Below, one piece after another: positions 39,776 to 51,867 of a stretch of 64,000 bases of DNA; position 1 is the first letter of the stretch, and each line of letters opens with the position of its first letter. This DNA is from Selaginella moellendorffii (taxonomy: Eukaryota > Plantae > Lycopodiophyta). The notes beneath the pieces were generated by a model. That model worked only from the letters and a program-made list of their open reading frames with translations, had not been told where the DNA came from and searched no databases. Both the position numbers and the translations under genes were made by a program. The stretch covers positions 91,626 through 155,625 of the forward strand of contig NW_003314414.1 in NCBI RefSeq assembly GCF_000143415.4, given 5' to 3'.

Positions 39776-40193
39776 GATGGCATGTATTTATTTAAAAATG
39801 TAACTTATTATGGCATGGGGTTCCATGCCATTGTATTAATATTAAAAGACAATTCTTTGAGAGGATTTGCATTATACTAGAAGTGTTACAGCATGTTATT
39901 GGAAGTCTACGAAGTTGTTTTATTAATAAGGGGAAAGTAAAGATTGAATGGGGACTTGGGCTCCACCTAGACTCGGAGCAACTGAGCCAATATTAAAAGG
40001 ATGGAAAGAAATTGGACGACGATGACAAGGAGAAGAGAGAGGTGAAGCAGTGGCAGGGGGAGGAGAAGTGATTGAGTAGACATTTCCTTGTTTAAAATAA
40101 AATGGCATGTGCCTCAATGCAGTTGAATTTTGTTATATTTATATACTATATAAAGGTTTGGAAACCTTATTTTACAAGTGGGATAATGACAAT

Positions 40194-40217
40194 TCCCACT
40201 TTAACGAAATATAGCTT
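40194..40217 (-). repeat. Right TIR
   Basis: TCCCACTTTAACGAAATATAGCTT; reverse complement of the left TIR with 2 mismatches. Confidence 0.9.
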
Positions 40218-43200
40218 AAAACTCAATAGCAAGCACATCATCGAGAAAACTCAATGACAAAACTTAACTATTGAAGATGGCAGATAGTATGCTAAACAAC
40301 TTACGAAAGATAACTCAAAGAACACAAAGTATCATTGACTAACAAGCAAAATGCTCGCGAATGTATTACCCAAAGGAAATAACATTTAAATCTATCAAAA
40401 CTAACTCGAGCAACAATCAACAGAAGAGAATGAATGCGGTAAGACCAACAAACACTCATTCCTGCCAACTATCACAAAAGCCAATCTGAATAGATCCTAG
40501 CCAACAATACCAAGGAACTCAAGTTGCCTAAGTAAGTGTCAGCAACATCCTACTGATGTCTCAAACCCAAGAGACCAATCTAGAGCAAACCACTGTAGCC
40601 AAAAGCCATCAAAGAGAACAACTAACTATCATGAAAGATCATCAATCATCCTATCAACAAAAAGATGCATAATCATCATTGAAGAAGAATCTACCATCCC
40701 GAAGAATAGCAAATAATTCCAAACCAACAATAATCAAACAAAACTTGTGATAAGGATAATCAACTACCCTAGATGATAGTTAATCATCACCAATGATTGT
40801 TAGATGCAAATACTAACGTCAACATCGAAGCTAATGAGCCAAAATGCCTTCCCCCAACAACTCCTAACAAATGGAACAATGAGCATGAAAACTCAAAGAA
40901 TCACAAGCTCGAAGAAGTCTATAGCCAAGTCATGCTTAGCAAGGATCACAAGTCTCGCATGAACTAATTTCAATGCTAAGAAGAAAATCATGGTATAATC
41001 CATAATATCCTCATCAACACATCCATAAGCTAAACTTCAGAATGCAAAGTTAATGAAGAGCATGTCTGCATCAATCTAAAAGCTAAGCATAACGAAGCTA
41101 TGCTCAACAAGTGATCACCAAACGATCCTCCATAAATCCATCTATAACAAGACGTAACTCACTTCATAACAAGCACAAGAAGAATCATCAATAATCGATA
41201 TATTCCAACTCAAATCCAATAAAGATTCAAACATTCTAATATCAATCACTAACTCTTCTGCTTGTAGAGTTAGCATAGTCCACGACTGAATCACTTTTCA
41301 AGGAAAAGCCAAAGCTTAACCCTTACTAAACAATCTCGTCTAGAACACAACTAACTCAAACTTGCCACTCAGTTCATTTGAACGTCAACACAGTTGCTAA
41401 CTAGCAAATGCACGAATGCTAATAACACAAAGCTATAGCCAAATCATCAACACTATCTTCATTAAGACTAATGAAACTCGACATCAATCTTGCGGAGAGA
41501 CATCTCATTTCACTGAAATCTCAACATCAACAATGTCAACGACAAGGCATCACTTCAGTGCCACCAACACTAGAACAAAGCTGTCGCGAATGTGACTTCG
41601 GGTATCGAAAGTTACCTGTCGGCTAGTCCTTTCGGACACTCTTACCTTACTGCCACGATGGCAGGAGGTCGGTACTGCTGGTTCCCTTTATTAGCCCCTC
41701 TTGTCCAAGTGTTAGCTTACTGGGCTTAGCATCTGTACTTAGCCAAATGAACATAAGGTAGGAACTCCTATGTGTTTCTAGCTGAGCATTCTCGGCCTGG
41801 CTCTTAGTTCTCTTTTGCTCTGTCTTGCACTGGCTTGGCAAGAACTCTCGCGTATTGAGATTAGTCCCTCAATATTGCTGGATGATAGCTTACCGTGTCT
41901 GCCAAACACCCTCGCTATCATGCCCTTTGTGTTAGTCTCATTTCGGTCCCAAATGCTATTTATGGAAAGTGTCCAGATTTGCTCATTTGGCATATCTACG
42001 GAATGTAGAGATCGGCCTGAACACAATGGTGTTCGTCCCGTGTCCAAATTCACAATCTAAGGACATTCCATATTTAGTAAGTTTCGAGTTTGTCCCAGAG
42101 ACTAACTCCTGATACTAAGGGAGGCTTGGGGTGAAAGCCCAAAGCGTGTGTTCCTCAAGGGGGGGGGGCTATGGGGGGTTCCAAATGTATAGTAGGGATA
42201 GTGGGTAGGTCGGGCATGGCCGACCAACCTGAGGCATAGTCTAGCTCCCGCTTGCGTGCCTGTCCTTGTTCTGCGTCCGGCTTGGGTCTAAGCCCAAGTT
42301 CCATTCCATGCTAGTTGGTGGAGTACCCATATCCTCGCGTTAGGCCACCGGTATGCCGAAATAGCGCCAGACTCCGTTTGGCTCCGTTTTGCATGCTGGT
42401 CCTGGCATTGGGATGCTGGTTGCTCTAGGACTGTTCCAAGTCGCTCTGGGCTTCTGTCCCTTCGCTCCTTGGGCTTTATGCTCGGGAGTTGCTCCGTGGT
42501 TCAGTTCCGTCACTCCTTGGCTCCATGTTTGGGAGTTTGGCACTGTTCCTTCGTTCAGTGGCCCAAGGCCCTAAACCTCGGGTTCCTGTGGACACGTGGC
42601 ATGGACACGTGGCATGTGACACGTGGCATCTGTCACGTGGCACAAAGAGGGCTTAGGTTCCGCTTCGTGGTGTTATCCTATGGTAAATCACCATAGGATA
42701 AAGGGTCAAAACCACATGCGCCACATTTGGTATCAGAGGATGAGTCTCAGCGAGTACTATTCAATGAGATTGGGCAACTAGTCTCGTTGCATACGCAGAG
42801 ATGAAAACGATGATCCGAGTGGGTACACGTTATGGTGCAAAGACTTCGCATTGGTTCCTTGGGATAGGTTTTGGGTTACCTTGTTGTACCTTATGATGTG
42901 AGCTTGCGCTTAGGCTCATAGGATGGTTTGGAGATGTTTCATTTGCACGAGTTTGAGCTTGGGCTCGTGAGTGAGGCGCATTAGCAACTTGAGGTTACAC
43001 TTTGAGTTGGCAGGATTAATGTAAGCCTATCGATGGTTCCAGTGGTTCTGTAAGTTGTTCCATGTACCATGGGTGAAAGCAAACCTCCCTGGGTTTGCTA
43101 TGAGTGGCAAATAGGCTGGTCCGTAGCTGTTTAGCACGGCACTAGTGGATCCTTCCTAGGTATGGTTATAAGTGGATCAATCAAGACTGTAGGGATTAGT

Positions 43201-43389
43201 CTATTGGTTCAAGTAATCATTGCCGTGCTCTCTCATAAGCTTTTCTTGGACTGGACTAAAAGCAGTGCGAAAGCAAGCTTGAGGTTTGGTCAAAAGATGA
43301 GACCGAAAAGAGAGTCATCGGGGACGGAGGATCAAATACATAAATCATTTTCTCTTCTTGGAGAGATGATTTGCAACGAGGTGTTAACT

Positions 43390-43810
43390 CATTGCTTGTG
43401 TTCACATTATGCAATCAAGAGTCCCTACCTTGATGCATGTTGGAAATGATGGTCTTACAAGTGGTGAGTTATGGGATGGATAGTGGTGAAACACTAAACC
43501 ATTTTGTCTAGGCTCGCTATTGGAAGACTTGGGTTGCAGTGCTCAATTCTTTTCCGGGGAACCTTGCTATTGCTTCTTGAGTAGCTTGGTGTTGGATTAG
43601 TTTTGAGATTGGTCGGATAGAGAGTGGCATGAGCTTGTCCGTGTTGTGAACAAAAGTTAGTGGTGTTGGGTGTCGTAAACCTCTATTGGTGGAGTGTGGC
43701 ATTTATGTTGCATTTTGTCGAATCGAGTTGGCATTTGATATTCACATGAACGTTTGAAGTAATGACATAAGCCTTGCTCATTGCGTTACTCAATTGATGA
43801 TCAAGTCATT
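43390..43810 (+). pseudogene. Heavily decayed Copia-type gag/protease/integrase remnants
   Basis: CSHYAIKSPYLDACWK resembles a decayed CxxC..GH....CW knuckle. Followed by a W.DSG.T.H-like stretch (tgggatggatagtggtgaaacactaaaccat) and integrase-like gatattcacatgaacgtt and attgatgatcaagtc. Confidence 0.55.
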
Positions 43811-43815
43811 GTGAT

Positions 43816-43915
43816 NNNNNNNNNNNNNNNNNNNNNNNNNNNNNNNNNNNNNNNNNNNNNNNNNNNNNNNNNNNNNNNNNNNNNNNNNNNNNNNNNNNNN
43901 NNNNNNNNNNNNNNN
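43816..43915. other. Assembly gap (100 N)
   Basis: N run. Confidence 0.95.
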
Positions 43916-46900
43916 ATCATATCCATGTGATAATGAGCAATGTGTTTACGAAGTTGCTTGATTAAATGATGATCAACCCCAAAGTGGTTGATGGAGAAGC
44001 TAGTCTACTTGCACGAAGTAGCATTGTAGAAGCTTTGACTGGATTCTCAATGGCGGTCCATTATGCTAAGCTTAAGTTGGTACCTTGTTTCCTTGAGGGT
44101 TTGCCCATAAGGTGTTGGGAATGGGTTGTAGCATTCATTTGTTATAGCTCATCTGTTGATCCGTTAGCACTTGGAGTAGATTATTGGATGGAGAAGATGT
44201 GAGGTTGACGCATTGACATCGCTAGCACTTGTGTTAGTGGAAGTGGCATTGTTGATTCGAGTGATGAGGAATTTTCCTTAGAGCTTGATTTTCCATGTCA
44301 TTTTTCTTGTTAGTGTTTTGGCTTCACATTGGATCTTGAAGGTGGTTGAAGAAGAGTGTTAGTGCAATGTGGATATCTGAAGATGTGGTCTTCGTGATCA
44401 AGCCTTGGATGTTCATTTTGCACTTTGCGGATGTCGGTGTTGGATGTCGGTTATATGGGCAAAGATGTTCGATGCTTAAGCATGTTGTTCGATCATGAGA
44501 ATTTGTGTTGAGGTGAGCCTATGTGAAGTTGTTGGTAGGAGGAAGTTGGTTGAGTCTTGAAAGTTTGCAATCCTGGACTGAGAGTCATTCTTTCTCTAGG
44601 ATGGGAAATTTTCCACAAATTTTCTTAGACTTTTCCAATGGCTGGTCTATTGATCATTTTGTCCGAAAACCATTCCGTTTTCGAAAGCCAGTACAAACTA
44701 GTGAAAGGGGGTTGGAGTTGACTTCGGTTGGCTTAGATCTTAGTAAGTAGTTTGTATGATGCGACCCGAAAGGGATGCTGACTTTTGGGGCTAAGGCAAT
44801 TGAGTTGGATAGAGTCTGGAGTTAGTGTAGAAAAGTGGCCGTTGCACTTTTCTAAGAAGGGTGACTCTTGTGCCTTTCTTTTGTAGCATTATGCTCGGTG
44901 GCAAGTTGCACCTTGCATTTCGCTAAGACTCTATGAGAGTAGTGAGCTCTCACTGATCTTAACTTGGTCTTGGTGGCCCTGTGCCTTGGCTGAGGATGGT
45001 GATGTCCAACTTAGTTGTTTAAGGTTGCGATGTTGGTACCCGTACTATAGCTTTGTCTATGAGGAGGTTGTGTACCGATATGAGTCCATCTTATGGTCTT
45101 CACTTTAGTTTCGACTGAGTGTTGATCGCATAGCTAGCCTCTTCAAGGCATGCTCAGAGCTAGTGGCTAAATGTTTTAGTGAGCTTATTACGGTTGAGTT
45201 GGATTTGAGTGGTCATTTAGTTTGTGCTTGTCTATGAACTTTTATCTCGTACCTGGGGTATCACGTTCATATTGGGCAAGTATATAACTTGATGACAAGA
45301 GTTGGTGTTTGGGTCTTGTGAAGGCAAGTTTGGGAGTGATTGTTAGTTGCTTTGTGACTAGTGATTACTTGTAGACTTCGTCAAGGACCGTTGACACTTG
45401 CTTTGCTCGATGATAATTTAACAGTGATGGGCTTGCTTTACCGGATGGTGTTGCGGAGGATCGTGTCATTAGGTTGGCATGGTTTTTCCATGTTAGCATG
45501 TCAATTCCTTTGTCGATATCATTTGGTTACGTTTGGTCTATAGTGTTGGATTTCATTGAGTCTTGGATGTGGTGATTCACTCTTTGATGAAATGTTATCT
45601 GTAACTGAGTATTGCTGAAGGATTGGTCTCGGATACTAAGTATAGTATCTTCAACTTTGGTTAGCTTGGTTGCTGGAAAGCTCCGAGTGGTGATTCACTC
45701 TTGCTTTCTTCTAGCTTTGTCCTGGTGTTGATAGCGTTGAAGTGATGCCTTGTCATTGATATTGTTGATATTGAGACTTGAGTGAAATGAAATGTCTTTC
45801 CTTAGGATTGATATTGAGTTTCATTAGTCTTGATAAAAAGTGTTGATGATTTGGCTTTAGCTTTGTGTTGTTGGCATTCATGCATTTGCTAATTAGCAAT
45901 TGTGTTGACGTTCAAATGAACTAAGTGGCAAGTTGAGTTAGTTGTGTTCTAGACGAGATTATTTAGTAGAGGGTTGAGCTTTAGCTTTTCCTTGAAAAGT
46001 GATTTAGTCATGGACTATGCTAACTCTACGAGAAGAAGAGTTAGTGATCGATATTAGAATGTTGAGTCCTTGCTGGATTTGAGTTCGGAATATAGCAATC
46101 ATTAATGATTCTTTTTGAGCTTGTTATGAAGTGAGTTACGTCTTGCTATAGATGGATTCATGGAGGATCGTTTGATGATCACTTGTTAAGCATAGCTTTG
46201 TTATGCTTAGCTTTTGGATTGATGCAGAAATGCTCTTCATTAGCTTTGGCATTATGAAGTTTGGCTTATGGATGTGTTGAAGAAGACATTGTGGGTTGCA
46301 CCATGGTTTCTTCTTTAGCATTGAAATTAGTTCATGCAAAGACTCGTGATCATTATTAGGCAAGACTTAGCTATAGGCTTCTTCGAGCTTTGGTTCTTTG
46401 AGTTTTATGCTCATCGTTCCATTTGTTAGAAGTTGTTGGGGAAGGCATTTTGGCTCATTAGCTTCGATGTTGAAGTTAGTATTTGCATGTAGCAATCATT
46501 GGTGATGATTGACTATCATCTAGGATAATTGATTATTCATGTCAAAAAGTTTTGCTTGATTATTGTTGGTATAGAATGGTTTGCCGTTCTTCGGGATGGT
46601 GGATTCCTTCTTAGACGATGATTATGCATCTCTTTATTAATGGAATGATTGATGATCTTTCATGATGGTTAGTTGTTCTCTTTGATAGCTTATGGCTTTT
46701 CGCAATACCACATATTCTTTGTGGTTTGCTCTGGATTGGTCTCTTGGGTTTGAGACATCAGTAGGATGTTGCTGACACTTGCTTAGGCAACTTGAGTTCC
46801 TTGGTGTTATTGGCTGGGATCTATCTGGATTGGCTAGTGCGATGATTGGCATGAACACTATATTTGTTTGCTTTGCAACATTCATTTTGTTCTGTTGATT

Positions 46901-49900
46901 ATTGCTTGAGTTAGTTTTGATAGATTTGGATGTTATTTCCTTCGGGTGATACATTCACGAGCATTGTGCTTGTTAGTCAATGATACTTTATGTTCTTTCA
47001 GTTGTGTTTTGTGAGTTGTTTGGCATGCTATCTGCCATTTTCGGTAGTTAAGTTTTATCATTGAGTTTCCTTGATGATCTACTTGCTATTGAATTTTGTT
47101 GGATGGTGAATCCTATGTTTTCCAATGATAGTGATCTTGGTGGTTCCTATACTATAATACTAGTTTATCGGATGATAACTTATTTGGAATACATTTGTGT
47201 TCTCATCTAAGCTTTATTCACTGATACTTAAATCTCTAGGATATCATTGTTTATGACTTTGATATAGTCCCTATATATTGATCTTTGAGTTTGGGCCAGT
47301 ATAGGCAGACTGGCTTCGACACTTCGTGTGCATGTTGAAATCTCTAGTCATGGGGTAGCTACTGTCGACTGGTCACATAACCCGCCTCTCTGTCAATGTT
47401 CCTTATTCCGTTGAAAGGGCGTGACCGTGTAAACAACTCTAACTGCCTGTTTACAGTAGTCTATCTAAACCTTACCGACGGGTTTGGTTTCTTTGCTTAG
47501 GAGGGTTGGGGCCTCTGGCTTCTCTCTCTATGTTCTTGCGGGCAGGGGCATATCACACTTTTGTAGCTGGGTGACCCCCAGAGCAGCAAGGGTGGCTGAC
47601 TTCGTTGGTCATTTCCTTGTCGGCGACGGCCGGAAGGTGTCTGAGCTGGTAGCGCATCCGCGTTAGACAAAGAGGTTGCCCCCTAACTCATTTAAGTTGG
47701 TGCATTTCTCACATAGTGTGAGTACCGTGAACTTTTTATGGAGTTGTTTCCTTGGCGGTATTCTAGACTAGAGTATGCATCGACGAGGACGTCGATCTTC
47801 CCAAGGGGGGGAGAGTGTCGCGAATGTGACTTCGGGTATCGAAAGTTACCTGTCGGCTAGTCCTTTCGGACACTCTTACCTTACTGCCACGATGGCAGGA
47901 GGTCGGTACTGCTGGTTCCCTTTATTAGCCCCTCTTGTCCAAGTGTTAGCTTACTGGGCTTAGCATCTGTACTTAGCCAGATGAACATAAGGTAGGAACT
48001 CCTATGTGTTTCTAGCTGAGCATTCTCGGCCTGGCTCTTAGTTCTCTTTTGCTCTGTCTTGCACTGGCTTGGCAAGAACTCTCGCGTATTGAGATTAGTC
48101 CCTCAATATTGCTGGATGATAGCTTACCGTGTCTGCCAAACACCCTCGCTATCATGCCCTTTGTGTTAGTCTCATTTCGGTCCCAAATGCTATTTATGGA
48201 AAGTGTCCAGATTTGCTCATTTGGCATATCTACGGAATGTAGAGATCGGCCTGAACACAATGGTGTTCGTCCCGTGTCCAAATTCACAATCTAAGGACAT
48301 TCCATATTTAGTAAGTTTCGAGTTTGTCCCAGAGACTAACTCCTGATACTAAGGGAGGCTTGGGGTGAAAGCCCAAAGCGTGTGTTCCTCAAGGGGGGGG
48401 GGCTATGGGGGGTTCCAAATGTATAGTAGGGATAGTGGGTAGGTCGGGCATGGCCGACCAACCTGAGGCATAGTCTAGCTCCCGCTTGCGTGCCTGTCCT
48501 TGTTCTGCGTCCGGCTTGGGTCTAAGCCCAAGTTCCATTCCATGCTAGTTGGTGGAGTACCCATATCCTCGCGTTAGGCCACCGGTATGCCGAAATAGCG
48601 CCAGACTCCGTTTGGCTCCGTTTTGCATGCTGGTCCTGGCATTGGGATGCTGGTTGCTCTAGGACTGTTCCAAGTCGCTCTGGGCTTCTGTCCCTTCACT
48701 CCTTGGGCTTTATGCTCGGGAGTTGCTCCGTGGTTCGGTTCCGTCACTCCTTGGCTCCATGTTTGGGAGTTTGGCACTGTTCCTTCGTTCAGTGGCCCAA
48801 GGCCCTGAACCTCGGGTTCCTGTGGACACGTGGCATGGACACGTGGCATGTGACACGTGGCATCTGTCACGTGGCACAAAGAGGGCTTAGGTTCCGCTTC
48901 GTGGTGTTATCCTATGGTAAATCACCATAGGATAAAGGGTCAAAACCACATGCGCCACAAAAGCTAGAAGAAAGCACGAGTGTATCACCACTCAAAACTC
49001 TTTAGCAACCAAGCTATCCAAAGTCAAAGATACTTTACTCAGTATCTGAGACCAATGCTTCAACATTACTCAGGTATGGATAACACATCATCAAGGAGTG
49101 ATTCACCACGTCCAGACTCAATGAAATCCAACATCACGAACTAAACGCAACCAAATGATATCAACAGAGGTAGAGTCGATATGCCAACATGGAAAACCCA
49201 TGTAACTCTAACGACACGATCCTCCGCAACCCCATCTGGTAAAGCAAGCCCATCACTGCTAAATCATCATCAAGCGAAGCAAGTGTCAAAAGCCTTTGAC
49301 AAAGTCTACAAGTAATCACTAGTCGCAAAGCAACTAACAATCACTCTTTCAACTTGCTTTCACAAGACCCAAACACTAAACTCACGTCATCGAGTCATAC
49401 ACTTGTCCAACATGAATGTAACACCCCAGATATGAGATAAAGGTTCATGGACAAGCACGAACTAAATGACCACTCGAATCCAACTCAACTGCAATAAGCT
49501 CACCAATGCATTTAGTCACTAGCTCTAAGTATGCCTTGAAGAGGCTAGCTATGCATGATCAACACTCAGTCGAAACTAAAGTGAAGACCATGAGATGGAC
49601 TCATATCGGTACACAACCTCCTCATAGACAAAGCTACAGTACGGGTACCAACATCTCAAACTCAAACAACTAAGTTGAACATCACCATCCTCAGCCAAGG
49701 CGCAAGGCCACCAAGACCAAGTCAAGATCAGTGAGAGCTCACTACTCTCATAGAGTCTAACAAAATGCAAAGTGCAACTTGCCACTAAGCATAACGCTAT
49801 AAAAGAAAGGCACAAGGGTCACCTTTCCAGAAAAGTGCAACGGCCACTTTTCTACACTAACTCCAGACTCTATCCAACTCAATTGCCTTAGCCCCAAAAG

Positions 49901-51867
49901 TTAGCATCCCTTTCAGGCTGCATCATACAAACTACCTACTAAGATCTAAGCCAACCGAAGTCAACTCCAACCCCTTCACTAGTTTGTACTGGCTTACGAA
50001 AACGGAATGGTTTTCGAACAAAGTGATAACAAATCAGCCATTGGAAAAGTCTAAGAAAATTTGTGAAAAATTTTCCATCTTAGAGAAAGAATGACTCTCA
50101 GTCCAGGAATTCAAACTTTCAAGACTCAACCAACTTCCTCCTACCAACAACTTCACATAGGTTCACCTCAACACAAATTCTCATAACCTATAGTATGCTT
50201 AAGCCTCGAACATCTTTCTGCCCATTCTTTCGACATCCAACACCGATATCTGTAAAATGCAAATGGAACATCCAAGGCTTGATCACGAAGACCACATCTT
50301 CAGATATCCATATTGCACTAACACTCTTCTTCAACCACCTTCAAGATCCAATGTGAAGCTAAAACACTAACAAGAAAATTGACATGGAAAATCAAGCTCT
50401 AAGGAAAATTCCTCATCACTCGAATCAACAATGCCACTTCCACTAACACAAGTGCTAGCGATATCAATGCTTTAACTACACACTTTTTCCATCCAACAAT
50501 CTACTCCAAGTGTTAACGGATAAACCAACAAGCCATAACAAATGAATGCTAAACCCTTTTCCAACACCTTATGGGCAAACCCTCAAGGAAACAAGGAACC
50601 AACTTAAGCTTAGCATAATGGACCACCAACGAGAATCCAGTCAAAGCTACTACAATGCTACTTTATGCAAGTAGACTAGTTTCACCATCAACCACTTTGG
50701 GGTTGATCATCGCTTAACTAAGCAACTTCGTAAACACATTGCTCATTATCACATGGATATGATATAAGTATCACAATGACTTGATCATCAATTGAGCAAC
50801 ACCACAAACAATGCCAATATCATTACTTCAAAGGTTTACATGAATATCAAGTGCCAACTCAACTTGACAGAATGCAACATAAATGCCACACTCTACCGAT
50901 AGAGATTTACAACACCCAACACCACTAACTTTTGTTCACAACACAGACAAGCTCATGCCACTCGCTATCCGATCAAACTCAAAATTAAACCAACACCAAG
51001 CTACTCAAGGAGCAATAGCAAGGATCCTTGGAAAAGAATTGAGCATTGCAACCCAAGTCTTCCAATAGTAAGCCTAGACAAAATGGTATAGTGCTTCACT
51101 GCTATCCATCCCATAACTCACCATTTGTAAGACCATCATCTCCAACATGCATCAAGATAGGGACTCTTGATTGCATGATGTGAATACGAGCAATGAGTCA
51201 ACACCTCATTGCAAATCATTTCTTCAAGAAAAGAAAATGATTTACGTGTTTGATCCTTCGTCCCTGATGACTCTCTTTTCGGTCTTATCTTTTGACTACA
51301 CTTCAAGCTTGCTTTCGCACTGCCTTCAATCCAATCCAAGAAAAGTTTATGAGAGAGCACGGCAATGATTACTTGAACCAATAGACTAATCCCTACAGTC
51401 TTGACTGATCCACTTGTAACCATGCCTAGGAAGGATCCACTAGTGCCGTGCTAAACAGCTACGGACCAGCCTATTTGCCACTCATAGCAAACTCAAGGAG
51501 GTTTGCTTTCACCCACGGTACATGGAACAACTCATAGAACCACTGGAACAACTCATGGAACCACCGATAGGCTAACATTAATCCTGCCAACTCAAAGCGT
51601 ATCCTCGAGTTGCTAATGCGCCTCACTCACGAGCCCAAGCGTAAACTTGTGCTAACGGAGCATCTCAATCCTTTTTGTGAGCCCAAGCTCAAGCTCACAG
51701 AATATGGTACAAAAGGTAACCAAAACCATACCCAAGGAACGAATGTAAACCCCTTGCACCAAACGTGTACCCACTCGGATCATTGTTTTCATCTCTGCGT
51801 ATGCAACGAGACTAGTTGCCCAATCTTATTGTATAGTACTCACTGAGACTCACGCTCCGATACCAAA

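Larger units (their letters stand above)
26625..40217 (+). mobile_element. Full-length 13.6-kb TIR DNA transposon copy B (Sola-like DDD transposase plus accessory gene)
   Basis: 24-bp TIRs at 26625-26648 (ATGCTCTATTTCGTTAAAGTGGGA) and 40194-40217. Two divergent genes. Three copies in the window. Confidence 0.9.
41582..48959 (+). mobile_element. Intact non-autonomous LTR element copy 3 nested in copy 2; 5-bp TSD AAAGC
   Basis: LTRs 41582-42725 and 47816-48959 (1144 bp, near-identical). PBS TGGTATCAGAG at 42728-42738; PPT AAGGGGGGGAGAG at 47803-47815; AAAGC at 41577-41581 and 48960-48964. Confidence 0.94.

Noticed and set aside
26851-40122. Palindromic repeats as a CRISPR array or bacterial REP elements
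   Set aside because: Spacing is irregular (tens of bp to kb), there are no cas genes, and the context is eukaryotic with introns.
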